Of a DNA stretch of 64,000 nt, positions 17,644-27,236 are shown in pieces. The DNA is taken from contig CDROCS010005497.1 in assembly GCA_977020255.1 (NCBI GenBank), positions 1-64,000 of the forward strand. Direction: 5' to 3'. This DNA is from Obrimoposthia wandeli (taxonomy: Eukaryota). A program made the position numbers and the translations under genes. Within the stretch, counting starts at the first letter, position 1. Each line of letters opens with the position of its first letter. The notes beneath the pieces were generated by a model that was not told the DNA's origin, searched no databases, and saw nothing but the letters and a program-made list of their open reading frames with translations.

Positions 17644-17665
17644 AGAGCCCTCTTCGGAGGTCTCT
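17644..17665 (+). terminator. UUCG-capped hairpin, probable terminator
   Basis: AGAGCCCTC-TTCG-GAGGTCTCT right after the ssb stop; weak U tract. Confidence 0.5.
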
Positions 17666-17688
17666 CTAATATTATTAAAGGAATAACC

Positions 17689-17994
17689 ATGGGAAAGAAA
17701 CTAAATAATTTATTATCTTCTAACGTAAGTTTTAAAATGTATGCCCCAGCAGGCTGTCATAACTGTTCAAAAGGACAACTATACTCCGGAAGCGGAGAGG
17801 CACTATCACTCACTTACTTTGATAGATGTTCCTGTTCAATTAAGAAAACAAAAGAGTACATTTTCTTCCTTAAGAAGCGAGACAAGATAATGGATAAAAT
17901 TAATGCAACAACATTTTATAAGCTAGAAGCTAAGTGGTATGATAATAATTCTCATATTACTGTTGGTAACAATAGCATAGATAGGAGCTGGTAA
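17689..17994 (+). CDS. hypothetical protein with Cys motifs
   Basis: AAGGA RBS; CHNC...CSC. Confidence 0.55.
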   Translation: MGKKLNNLLSSNVSFKMYAPAGCHNCSKGQLYSGSGEALSLTYFDRCSCSIKKTKEYIFFLKKRDKIMDKINATTFYKLEAKWYDNNSHITVGNNSIDRSW

Positions 17995-18518
17995 TGAACT
18001 ACCACTCAAGTGACTTCCATCTAGGTCATAAAGCAATTTTAAAGTACCGTAAAGGCTTTAACTCTTTGGAAGAACATGATTCTATGATCCTTGATCAAAT
18101 GGCCAAATTAACCAAGAGAGACATCTTAAAGGTACAAGGTGATTTCATCTTTGATGGTCCCAACTACGATTACTACCTCACTCAACTTAAGAAGATGTCA
18201 TGTCGTATTCAAGTATTAATGGGTAACCATGACTCACTTAGACTGTACAAAGAAGACTGCATAGAAATGCAATTACCTTTCTTCGCCTACAAGAATCACT
18301 GGCTATCACATTGTCCAATTCACCCTCAAGAAATGAGAGGACGAACAGGCAACATCCATGGCCACCTCCACGGAGGCGTAGTCTACCAACCACAAAGTAT
18401 GGAGGTTGATCTTACAATTACACGTAGAGCAGACAATAGATACTTCAACGTATGCTTAGACAATAACAACAATAAATTTGTACCTTTCGACTTGATTCGA
18501 GAAGTACTAGGAGAATAA
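17994..18518 (+). CDS. calcineurin-like metallophosphoesterase (phage type)
   Basis: SDFHLGH, GDF, MGNHD, LSHCP, NIHGHLH. Confidence 0.88.
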   Translation: MNYHSSDFHLGHKAILKYRKGFNSLEEHDSMILDQMAKLTKRDILKVQGDFIFDGPNYDYYLTQLKKMSCRIQVLMGNHDSLRLYKEDCIEMQLPFFAYKNHWLSHCPIHPQEMRGRTGNIHGHLHGGVVYQPQSMEVDLTITRRADNRYFNVCLDNNNNKFVPFDLIREVLGE

Positions 18519-18561
18519 AATGCCAACACTTGAAGGTAATCCAATTGAATAAAGGGAACAA

Positions 18562-18882
18562 ATGCACGAGATAAAAGTATCAGTAGCTTTCCCTAGGCAC
18601 GAGGCAGAACTTCTATCAAAAGAAGACATAAAAAAGGCCCTAACTAGAGAGCTTGCAAGCCAGGTAATAGCCTTAAATAAGGTACCTATCCCTACTTCCA
18701 AAGGTTTAAATACTCTTTTACACTATAATTTAAATCTAACTTTTGTTCCCCACAAAGAAGCCTTAGAGTTAAGAGCTATCAAAGAAGAGCTACTTCTCTG
18801 GAGAACACTACATAAAAGCAGTATACCACTTATAAAGCGAAGAGCTAATGAGATTATAATTGAGCAACTATTAGGAAAATAA
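18562..18882 (+). CDS. hypothetical protein
   Basis: 106 aa ORF, AGGG RBS. Confidence 0.55.
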   Translation: MHEIKVSVAFPRHEAELLSKEDIKKALTRELASQVIALNKVPIPTSKGLNTLLHYNLNLTFVPHKEALELRAIKEELLLWRTLHKSSIPLIKRRANEIIIEQLLGK

Positions 18883-18943
18883 TTCCTAAAAGATGGACTC
18901 TTGGTATACTCTCTGAACCTACATAAATAAATAAAGGAAATAA

Positions 18944-19150
18944 ATGAACAACTATTTTTACGATGATATACAAGAAATATCCCCTGCAGAACTAAAATTA
19001 TCAAGCTTCGAGGAAGCCCAGGTAATAATTGGCCAAGCCAATTGTCTAGAAGACGCAAAAATGATGGCCTTAACATATTCTCCAGAAATGGTAGAATGGG
19101 TCCAAGAAGTAATCAAAGCTACTAAGAAGTTAGTCAATGAAGCCAACTAA
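18944..19150 (+). CDS. hypothetical protein
   Basis: AAGGA RBS, 68 aa. Confidence 0.55.
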   Translation: MNNYFYDDIQEISPAELKLSSFEEAQVIIGQANCLEDAKMMALTYSPEMVEWVQEVIKATKKLVNEAN

Positions 19151-20567
19151 AGAACAACAAGTTATCCACGACTACATCCTAACTCATGACGGACTAACAA
19201 TGACCTCAGCTGTTGCTGGTTCAGGAAAGACCACGCTATTAGTAACAGTGGCCAATTCCATAGAAAAACACTTCCCAGGCTCAGAAGGCCTATACTTAGC
19301 GTACAATAAATCTGTGGCAACAGAAGCTCAGAAGAAATTTCCAAAGTCAGTTAAATGTTCTACAACACACTCCTTAGCATATCGCGCTGTAGTCACTCCC
19401 CTTAAGCTAAAACTAGGGGACTTATCCTACAGAACAATAACAGAGAAAGTAGACTATGATACCAAACTACTGATAGTCCAAACTATTGAACACTATTGTC
19501 TATCATCTTCAGTATCTTTCACTACATATGCTGAAAATGCTGAACTTACTCCGCGAGTAAAAAAGATATGTACAAAGTACTTAGAAGGCATGGCAGGAGG
19601 CAAGATTGGGTGTACACACTCATTCTATCTTAAGCTCTATCATCTTATGCTTGCATCCGGGGATATTACATACCCTGAATTCACCTTTATTGCTCTAGAC
19701 GAAGCCGGAGATTTAAACCCTGTAACTCTAGCTATATTCAACCTATTGCCTGCTAAGAAGAAGATCATGGTCGGAGACCCCTATCAAAATATTTACACTT
19801 TCAATCATACAATAAACTGTTTTGCGGTTATGCATGGAAAAGGGAAATTACTCCCTATGTCTCAGTCATTTAGAGTAAAAGATACTGTGGCAGCAAATAT
19901 AGAGGGTTTTTGTCAAAAATACATGGACTCAAATATGGCTTTTACAGGTATTCCAATCCAGGACACAACAATAAGCTCTAAACTGTTCATCTCAAGAACT
20001 AATTCCGCCTTAATAGCTAAAATGATTGAGCTAAACAAAATTGGAGTTCCTTATGGGCTAGTACGAAGCCCTAAACAAATCTTCGAGCTTCAACTAATCC
20101 TTTGTAGCTTAAAGCCTCGAGGATTCATAGCGCATCCAAAATACAAATTCTTACAAGCAGATGTAGACTTGTATTACTCTCGAGAGAGACTCCGAGATAT
20201 ATATAAAACACCTCTTCAATATATTAAAGCAGTACATTCAGACGATATTGAAATATCAACAGCAATAAACACAATCTTCAGGTATGGCCAGTCATCAATT
20301 ATGGACTGCTTTACAGAAGCCTCTAAACACACAAAACGAACTCAAACCTACTTACTAGGCTCAGCTCACTCAGTAAAAGGACTAGAAGCTGATCAAGTAG
20401 AACTAGCAAATGATATGAACCAAGCAATAGAAGTTATAGTCTCAGATATAGATAAAAAAGAACGAGAAATAGAGGATCTTACACTAGAAGAGACTACAGA
20501 ATTAAACTTATACTATGTAGCCTGCTCAAGAGCTCGTAAAGAAGTTTTAAACGCAGAATACATTTAA
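19137..20567 (+). CDS. superfamily 1 (UvrD-like) DNA helicase
   Basis: AVAGSGKTT, LAYNK, TTHSLAY, LDEAGD, VGDPYQNIY, SFR, HSVKGLE, LYYVACSRAR. Confidence 0.9.
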   Translation: MKPTKEQQVIHDYILTHDGLTMTSAVAGSGKTTLLVTVANSIEKHFPGSEGLYLAYNKSVATEAQKKFPKSVKCSTTHSLAYRAVVTPLKLKLGDLSYRTITEKVDYDTKLLIVQTIEHYCLSSSVSFTTYAENAELTPRVKKICTKYLEGMAGGKIGCTHSFYLKLYHLMLASGDITYPEFTFIALDEAGDLNPVTLAIFNLLPAKKKIMVGDPYQNIYTFNHTINCFAVMHGKGKLLPMSQSFRVKDTVAANIEGFCQKYMDSNMAFTGIPIQDTTISSKLFISRTNSALIAKMIELNKIGVPYGLVRSPKQIFELQLILCSLKPRGFIAHPKYKFLQADVDLYYSRERLRDIYKTPLQYIKAVHSDDIEISTAINTIFRYGQSSIMDCFTEASKHTKRTQTYLLGSAHSVKGLEADQVELANDMNQAIEVIVSDIDKKEREIEDLTLEETTELNLYYVACSRARKEVLNAEYI

Positions 20568-20597
20568 CCCACGGCATTACTACCAGTATGTGAGACC
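20566..20597 (+). promoter_or_regulatory. conserved leader motif, copy 2 (upstream of HU gene)
   Basis: AACCCACGGCATTACTACCAGTATGTGAGACC; matches 16929-16958. Confidence 0.6.
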
Positions 20598-20627
20598 GAA
20601 TACTCTTAACACAAACAAGGAAAACAC

Positions 20628-20912
20628 ATGGCAAAATTTACAAAATTAGACTTAGTTGCAGCAGCAGCTTTACACGTAGACATCGAAACAAAAGCGGAAG
20701 CTACAAGAATCATCGACTTCATCTTCGAGACATTAAAAGATGAAGTAATTGCAGGTAACGACGTAGCATTACCACAAATTGGTACAATTGTAACAGTAGA
20801 CAGAGCAGCAAGAGTTGCATCAGTTCCTGGAACAGACAGAAAAGTTGATGTACCTGCTAAAAAAGCAGTTAAAGTAAACATCACTGCACCTTTAAAAGCA
20901 GCAGTAAACTAG
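20628..20912 (+). CDS. hup: HU/IHF-family DNA-binding protein
   Basis: 94 aa; TKAEATRIID..FETLKDEV..GNDVALPQIGT....RAARVASVPGT..KVDVPAKK pattern. Confidence 0.8.
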   Translation: MAKFTKLDLVAAAALHVDIETKAEATRIIDFIFETLKDEVIAGNDVALPQIGTIVTVDRAARVASVPGTDRKVDVPAKKAVKVNITAPLKAAVN

Positions 20913-20913
20913 A

Positions 20914-23343
20914 ATGGTTTCTGGAACTAAATCAGGAGTAGACGCTAGATCTATGATGTCAAACGCTAAATTCTATGAAGGGTACTCTAGATATGTTCCA
21001 GAACACAATAGATATGCTACATGGGACGAGTCAGTAGAGAGAGTTATGGAGATGCATAGAAAGAAATATGCTGACAAAATGAACCCAGAACTGGACTCAA
21101 TCTTTAATGACATTGAAGAAGCCTACAAGCAAAAGCTATTTTTAGGAGCTCAACGAGCCTTACAGTTTGGTGGAGATCAGCTAATGAAACATCAAATAAG
21201 AATGTACAACTGTACTTCTTCTTATTGTGATAGGCCTGAGTTCTTCGGAGAATTTATGTACATGCTATTATGTGGAGCTGGCGCAGGATTCTCTGTGCAA
21301 TGGCACCATATTGGTAAACTACCAAAGCTAGACAATACATTCGAGAAGGGTAAACGTACTCACATCATAGAGGATTCAATAGAAGGCTGGTCAGAAGCAT
21401 TCGATATACTTCTATCTTCATATTTTGCAGACGGTGGAAAACACCCAGAATACAATAATGAAGCAATTACTTTCGACTACTCAGCTATCAGACCTAAAGG
21501 TGCCTTCATTTCAGGAGGCTTTAAAGCACCTGGCCCAGCACCATTAGAAAAAGCTATAGAGTTAGTTAGAGTTCTACTTAACAAGATAGATAACCGCCAA
21601 CTTAAACCTATAGAAGCTTATGACATCTGTATGTATATGGCAGATGCTGTAATTGCAGGAGGTGTTAGACGTTCAGCTACAATATGTCTATTCTCTAAAG
21701 ACGACCAAGAGATGATTAAATCTAAAACAGGTAACTGGTTCCTAGATAATCCTCAAAGAGGAAGAAGTAATAATTCAGCCGTACTTCTTAGAGATGAAGT
21801 AACTTTCAAAGAGTTCCAAGACATTATGCACTCCGTACAACACTCTGGAGAACCTGGATTCATATTTACAGACTCAACTGAGTTCACATACAATCCATGT
21901 GTAGAAATAGGTAAAATCCCTACTACAGATGATGGACGTACTGGATGGCAAGGCTGTTGTTTAACAGAAATAAACGGTGGTAAAGCCCACTCTAGAGAAG
22001 AATTCTTATGGCAGTGTAGAGTAGCATCAGCTATGAATACATTACAAGCTGGATACACAGATTTCAAATTCTTAGCTCCCTCAGCTAAAGAAGTATTTGA
22101 AAAAGAAGCACTATTAGGTGTATCAGTGACAGGCTGGATGAATAACCCAGACGTACTATTCGACGAACAAAATATGAAAGATGGTGCAGCCATAGTTAAA
22201 GCTACAAACAAACGAGTAGCAGAACTAATTGGAATAAATCAAGCAGCACGTACTACATGCGTCAAACCGTCAGGAAATGCCTCTGTCCTATTAGGGACAG
22301 CATCAGGTATCCACGGTGAACACTCTAGACAATACATAAGACACGTTCAGTTCAACAAAGAAACTGAGATCGCTAAACTATTCATGAAAGATAACCCTGA
22401 CATGGTAGAAGAATCAGTATGGTCTGTAAATGGCACTGACATTGTAGTAGCATTTCCAATCGTACCTAAAGAAGGTTCAATCCTTAAGTCAGACCTGCTA
22501 GGTGTAAAACAACTAGACTACGTTAAGAAAGCCCAACAAGTATGGGTAGAAGACGGAACTAACGTCGAGCTATGTAGAGACCCTAGAATCAGACACAATG
22601 TATCAAACACAATCACTGTTGACGACTGGGATGAAGTTACTAAGTATGTGTATGAAAATAGATACTCACTTTGTGGTATCTCATTCTTGTCAGCCTCAGG
22701 CGACAAAGCATACCCTCAAGCACCTAACACAGAAACATTTACTATGAGCGAAATCATAGCCAAATACGGTGAAAAGGCGCTATTTACATCAGCCCTAATT
22801 GAACATGCTACAGATGCATTCAACAACGATTTATGGTCAGCATGTATCTACGCTACAGGTGATAGATCTTCTCTAGATGACAGCCACGAAAACCACTCTA
22901 AACTAGATTGGTTAAGAAGATTCGACAAGTTTGCTAAAAACTTCGTAAAAGACACATTCTCTGACGATGAGTGGAAAGATTATAGAGCTAACAAACGTAA
23001 AGTAGAGGCACTTAGAAATGACTTAATTTACTTAGCCGAAGAACTATCAGTAACACTTGAAGAAGATTCAGACTACCCAGCGTTAAAGGCCAAAGCTATA
23101 ATTGCATCATCAGACCTTGCTATAGTGGAATCCTCTATAGAAAACTGTCCAATAACTTCTGCACTTGCAAAAGCAAAAGAAGACTGTACATTTTGCCTTA
23201 AGGATGTCTATAATTTACACAAGATGTGGAGAATCACTAAATCTTTCAAACAAATTGATTGGTCTAAGATTTCAAAACAACAATACACTGACATCGACAC
23301 AATGGGCGCAATCGCCTGTGCCGGAGGAAAGTGTGAAATATAA
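20914..23343 (+). CDS. nrdJ: class II (adenosylcobalamin-dependent) ribonucleotide reductase
   Basis: YNCTS, VIAGGVRRSA, YNPCVEI, CCLTEIN, TTCVKPSGNAS, C-terminal CAGGKCEI. Confidence 0.9.
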   Translation: MVSGTKSGVDARSMMSNAKFYEGYSRYVPEHNRYATWDESVERVMEMHRKKYADKMNPELDSIFNDIEEAYKQKLFLGAQRALQFGGDQLMKHQIRMYNCTSSYCDRPEFFGEFMYMLLCGAGAGFSVQWHHIGKLPKLDNTFEKGKRTHIIEDSIEGWSEAFDILLSSYFADGGKHPEYNNEAITFDYSAIRPKGAFISGGFKAPGPAPLEKAIELVRVLLNKIDNRQLKPIEAYDICMYMADAVIAGGVRRSATICLFSKDDQEMIKSKTGNWFLDNPQRGRSNNSAVLLRDEVTFKEFQDIMHSVQHSGEPGFIFTDSTEFTYNPCVEIGKIPTTDDGRTGWQGCCLTEINGGKAHSREEFLWQCRVASAMNTLQAGYTDFKFLAPSAKEVFEKEALLGVSVTGWMNNPDVLFDEQNMKDGAAIVKATNKRVAELIGINQAARTTCVKPSGNASVLLGTASGIHGEHSRQYIRHVQFNKETEIAKLFMKDNPDMVEESVWSVNGTDIVVAFPIVPKEGSILKSDLLGVKQLDYVKKAQQVWVEDGTNVELCRDPRIRHNVSNTITVDDWDEVTKYVYENRYSLCGISFLSASGDKAYPQAPNTETFTMSEIIAKYGEKALFTSALIEHATDAFNNDLWSACIYATGDRSSLDDSHENHSKLDWLRRFDKFAKNFVKDTFSDDEWKDYRANKRKVEALRNDLIYLAEELSVTLEEDSDYPALKAKAIIASSDLAIVESSIENCPITSALAKAKEDCTFCLKDVYNLHKMWRITKSFKQIDWSKISKQQYTDIDTMGAIACAGGKCEI

Positions 23344-23356
23344 CACTCAAGACTCA

Positions 23357-23394
23357 TGTAGTCAATTGGAGAACCTTCGGGCTTTCCAACTACA
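23357..23394 (+). terminator. long UUCG hairpin after nrdJ (terminator or processing site)
   Basis: TGTAG..TTGGAGAACC-TTCG-GGCTTTCCAA-CTACA. Confidence 0.4.
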
Positions 23395-23491
23395 AGATAT
23401 ATTTGGTAAATATAAACTATTCTAGGAGCAAATAATAATGATAAGTGCAGAATCCGACGCATACATACGTAACCAACAGGAGGAAATAAAT

Positions 23492-23848
23492 ATGATAGCA
23501 ACCTTAAATAGTAAAGTAGCTAAGAATATCGTTGATACTATGGAGACACCTAAGCAAGATACTTCGAAAGGAATGAAATTTGATACAGGTAAACTCCAGT
23601 ACTCCTTAATTCCTCCAGAGGCACTAGAAGCTTTAGCCCAAGTATTAACCTTCGGGGCACAAAAGTATGCTCCAAATAACTGGCAAAAAGTAGAAAATGG
23701 CGAAGTAAGGTACATGGATGCATTATACAGACATCTAGAAGCATTTAGAAAAGGAGAGGTGACTGATCCAGAATCAGGACTACCTCATCTTGCTCATGCA
23801 ATAACAAATATAGCGTTTTTACACTACTTACAAACAAAGGCAAAATAA
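23492..23848 (+). CDS. dATP/dGTP diphosphohydrolase-like protein (DUF5664)
   Basis: GMKFDTGKLQYSLIP..ALEALAQVLTFGAQKYAPNNWQK..RYMDALYRHL..DPESGLPHLAHA; AGGAGG RBS favours start 23492 over 23438. Confidence 0.85.
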   Translation: MIATLNSKVAKNIVDTMETPKQDTSKGMKFDTGKLQYSLIPPEALEALAQVLTFGAQKYAPNNWQKVENGEVRYMDALYRHLEAFRKGEVTDPESGLPHLAHAITNIAFLHYLQTKAK

Positions 23849-23849
23849 C

Positions 23850-24452
23850 ATGGAAATACCTATTACACTACCTCAGAATAAGCTGAGATCCTGGGATTTA
23901 GACATTCCCTACACAATTGATGGAGATGTTACAACAGTATACTTAACAGAAGCTATAGATTCTCCAGTTATGTACAACGAGTTATGTTACTTACTAGCTA
24001 AGGCGACTAAAACAGAAACTTTTGTCCTCAAACTTAACACTCCTGGGGGAATTATTGACTCAGCAATTATGATTGTTGATGCTTTAAAGAACACAAAAGC
24101 AACAACTGTTGCATCTTTATCAGGTACAGTTGCTTCGGCCGGTACTATGATTGCACTAGCATGCTCAGAAATGGAAATTGCTCCTTTCACAGGCTTTATG
24201 ATTCATAACTACTCAGGTGGTATGGTAGGTAAAGGCCATGAGATGAAAGCACAACAAGCATTCGTTGACTCTAACCTTGAAGAGCTGTTTACAGCTGTAT
24301 ACTTAGGATTCCTAAGCCCTGCAGAATGTCAAGAAGTTATAGACGGTAAAGATATGTGGATGGGAGCATCAGAAGTTACTATGAGATGGGAAGCTAAAGA
24401 CGAACCAATCAAAGTAACAAAGAAACGCGGTAGACCAAAGAAAAAGGCTTAA
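23850..24452 (+). CDS. clpP: ClpP-like serine protease (S14)
   Basis: LNTPGG, VASAGTMI, FMIHNYS, DMWM. Confidence 0.85.
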   Translation: MEIPITLPQNKLRSWDLDIPYTIDGDVTTVYLTEAIDSPVMYNELCYLLAKATKTETFVLKLNTPGGIIDSAIMIVDALKNTKATTVASLSGTVASAGTMIALACSEMEIAPFTGFMIHNYSGGMVGKGHEMKAQQAFVDSNLEELFTAVYLGFLSPAECQEVIDGKDMWMGASEVTMRWEAKDEPIKVTKKRGRPKKKA

Positions 24453-24454
24453 TT

Positions 24455-25822
24455 ATGAACTTACGTGTACTTGACTCAAATATAATCCTCGAAGAGGCTT
24501 ATTCTCTAGTATCTCAAGGCTCTGCAGACAACACTGCTGTAGTTATCCCTGAGACTGTACTAGATGAAGTAGAATCAAAGAAATCTGGATTCACAGAGCT
24601 TGCTTGGCAAGCTAGGGAATTTGGAAGATTAATGACACGAGCAGGAAGAAAAGGCACAGAACGTACTGATTATGGTTCTGTAACAACACTAGAGGTAGAA
24701 GGAACTACAGTACTTGTTGTAACACTAGATAAGTACAATATTCCAGAAGGCTTAGACCCTAAGAACGTTAATGATTACAAGATTATTGATGTTGCAAGAG
24801 TCTTATCAGAAACAACACCTACCGTTCTAGTAACAAACGATGTTGGATGTAACCTAAAAGCAGAAGCTCTTGGTATCAAAGTAGCATCAGTCAAACTAGT
24901 AGAAAAAACAGAGTATGCCTTTACAAAAACAGTAGAGATACCTTTTGAGTTATTTAGTAATGTAAATAATGCCCCTGTTCTGACTGTTGATCCCAACTAT
25001 ACAAAAGAGACCTACAACTACGTATTTACATCGCCTGATACTGAACAAAAGAAATTAGCATATGTGGATCAAGTTGGTAAGATCAAAGTTATGGGTAAAG
25101 AAACTGAAAACGAAATTCGTAAGCAAGCTATGCCTCCTATAAACACTGGACAACAATTTATGTCTAGGGCTATCTTAGACCAATTAGTAGATGTAATAGT
25201 CGTGGAAGCAAAAGCAGGAACAGGTAAAACTGTAACAGCAATCTCAAGTGCTATGAAATTAGTTGATACTAATACACCATTTGAATCAATCAAATATGTA
25301 CGAGCCTCTGTAACAGATTTAGAAAAAGAGGAAGAAGTAGGGTTCTTACCAGGACTTGAAGAGAAATTCTCTGTATTCTTGCATCCAATGGCTGACACAC
25401 TAGAAGCAATTGCAAAAAAATCTAATAGTAACTCACAATTAAAAGGTGAGGCACTTGACGAGAAGATACAAGCCGACATTATAAAAATGACCGCTAGATA
25501 CGGAATTGAATCCATGATTACCTTAGGTATGAGAGGAAGAACTTTTTCTGATACAGTTATCATTATTGATGAGGCTCAGAATATGTCTAAAGCATCCCTT
25601 CAGAAAGTAATTACGAGACTAGGTAAAAATGTAAAACTAATTATCCTAGGCTCAAACAGGCAAATAGACCACGCTTACTTAAATAAGTACAATAATGGCC
25701 TATCCGTTATACTTGAAAACTGTACAGAAGAAAATGACTTTGTTCGTTTATCAGCAGTACATTTAGATAGTGTAGTACGGTCAAAGACAGCCGAATGGGC
25801 TGAGAATCTATTTTCAAAGTAG
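24455..25822 (+). CDS. phoH: PIN-domain PhoH-family ATPase
   Basis: VLDSN PIN start, LVTND; AKAGTGKT, GFLPG, RGRTF, IIDEAQN, GSNRQID, VRS. Confidence 0.9.
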   Translation: MNLRVLDSNIILEEAYSLVSQGSADNTAVVIPETVLDEVESKKSGFTELAWQAREFGRLMTRAGRKGTERTDYGSVTTLEVEGTTVLVVTLDKYNIPEGLDPKNVNDYKIIDVARVLSETTPTVLVTNDVGCNLKAEALGIKVASVKLVEKTEYAFTKTVEIPFELFSNVNNAPVLTVDPNYTKETYNYVFTSPDTEQKKLAYVDQVGKIKVMGKETENEIRKQAMPPINTGQQFMSRAILDQLVDVIVVEAKAGTGKTVTAISSAMKLVDTNTPFESIKYVRASVTDLEKEEEVGFLPGLEEKFSVFLHPMADTLEAIAKKSNSNSQLKGEALDEKIQADIIKMTARYGIESMITLGMRGRTFSDTVIIIDEAQNMSKASLQKVITRLGKNVKLIILGSNRQIDHAYLNKYNNGLSVILENCTEENDFVRLSAVHLDSVVRSKTAEWAENLFSK

Positions 25823-25914
25823 TTTATGTCGTATATGTGGAAGTTCACGCCCCACCAACCCCACTCGGAATGGGGTCTGAGCATAAACAATAATCCGTAA
25901 AAAAAGGAAAACAA

Positions 25915-26304
25915 TTGCACGAAAAACAACTTAACATCTTTGATGTCTTAGGTGAACTAGTAGAAGCTAGTAAACAAAGAGCACATCAAGAACTAATAAA
26001 AGCCATAGAAAATGCTGAAAGAGAGGCTATGTCATATGAACTTAAAGAAGATGCTGTAGACGAAACTCCAACACAATGTGATGACGTTGACCCTATGACA
26101 TTAGAAGAATGGCTAGCATCTGAAGATTCAGACGAATATCCAGCCGAGCAGATTGCAGAGCCTGACTTATCAGACTTAGCTATCAACAAAGCAGTTAGAA
26201 GTGTTATAATGAATACATTAACAGATACTTCTCAACCATTAACACTAGCTAGAGCTCAATCTATCATGACAATCGCACCTCTTGCACAAGGACTCACTCG
26301 TTGA
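25915..26304 (+). CDS. hypothetical acidic protein
   Basis: AAGGA RBS, TTG start, 129 aa. Confidence 0.55.
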   Translation: MHEKQLNIFDVLGELVEASKQRAHQELIKAIENAEREAMSYELKEDAVDETPTQCDDVDPMTLEEWLASEDSDEYPAEQIAEPDLSDLAINKAVRSVIMNTLTDTSQPLTLARAQSIMTIAPLAQGLTR

Positions 26305-26753
26305 ACAATCCTATAAAAGAGATCGTGCGCTTCAATAAGGAAGCTGGCCTATTAGACAGGCCCTACGATGACTTCTTAGAATCAGCATTCCAAGTAGAAG
26401 AAGCCTTAGAAGGGTTTGATAACCATTACTTAGCTACTCAGGTAGGAAGCCCAATAGGGTCTTCTCCTAAAGAGATATCTAGAGTAATAATAAAACAATC
26501 ATTCATACCTCAAGAAGGCTTAGCAGACGTAGACAGACTTGACAAAGCATGTGACTCAATAGTATACGCTGTTGGCTCAATCGCTAAATTAGGGTTATCA
26601 CCCCAACAAATCACGACAGCATTAAATATCGTTATGAAAAAGAATTTCGAGAAAATTGGCTGTAAGAAAGATATAGCAGGTAAACTAGGAAAGCCTCAAG
26701 ACTTTATTGGTCCTGAAGCAGAACTACAAGCACTACTAGACACAAGACAATAG
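26301..26753 (+). CDS. MazG/PRA-PH-like NTP pyrophosphohydrolase
   Basis: EEALE, DRLDKACD, VMKKNFEK, GKLGKP. Confidence 0.7.
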   Translation: MNNPIKEIVRFNKEAGLLDRPYDDFLESAFQVEEALEGFDNHYLATQVGSPIGSSPKEISRVIIKQSFIPQEGLADVDRLDKACDSIVYAVGSIAKLGLSPQQITTALNIVMKKNFEKIGCKKDIAGKLGKPQDFIGPEAELQALLDTRQ

Positions 26754-26775
26754 GACACTCTTTGAGTGTTCTTTT
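26752..26775 (+). terminator. intrinsic terminator
   Basis: AGGACACTC-TTT-GAGTGTTCT followed by TTTAT. Confidence 0.6.
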
Positions 26776-26796
26776 ATATCAATATAAAGGAGAAGG

Positions 26797-27069
26797 ATGG
26801 AATATATAGTGCTAGGATTAGCAGTAGCTTTTAATCTTGTAGTAATAAAGATAAAGTTTGAAAAAGGGAGAATCCCTGATGGTAGTTTTGATGCCGCAAC
26901 ATTAATACTTCTTACGATAGTAGGGGCTGGAACATATGGAGGCCTTGTAATAACTACAATAGCCTCTTGTTTAATATCAGTATACTTACTAATATCACCT
27001 CCAAAAATCTTTTCTTCAAAGCTCAAATGGTTTACCACTGAGCTAAGAGAAAGGTTAAAGAGGGAATGA
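26797..27069 (+). CDS. small membrane protein, holin-like
   Basis: Three hydrophobic segments and a basic C-terminus. Confidence 0.55.
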   Translation: MEYIVLGLAVAFNLVVIKIKFEKGRIPDGSFDAATLILLTIVGAGTYGGLVITTIASCLISVYLLISPPKIFSSKLKWFTTELRERLKRE

Positions 27070-27236
27070 AAAACATAATGATATCAATAGGTATCACATT
27101 TACGATCATATTTACATGTATCCTGACTGTGATTACCTTATACGTTTCATACATCCTAGCAATAGGTGTATTTATAATAGGACTAGGCACAATAGTGTAC
27201 CTAATCCTTACTTACGCTAATAAAGTCGATACGTAG
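27066..27236 (+). CDS. small membrane protein (56 aa)
   Basis: ATGA overlap with the previous gene; almost wholly hydrophobic. Confidence 0.5.
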   Translation: MKNIMISIGITFTIIFTCILTVITLYVSYILAIGVFIIGLGTIVYLILTYANKVDT

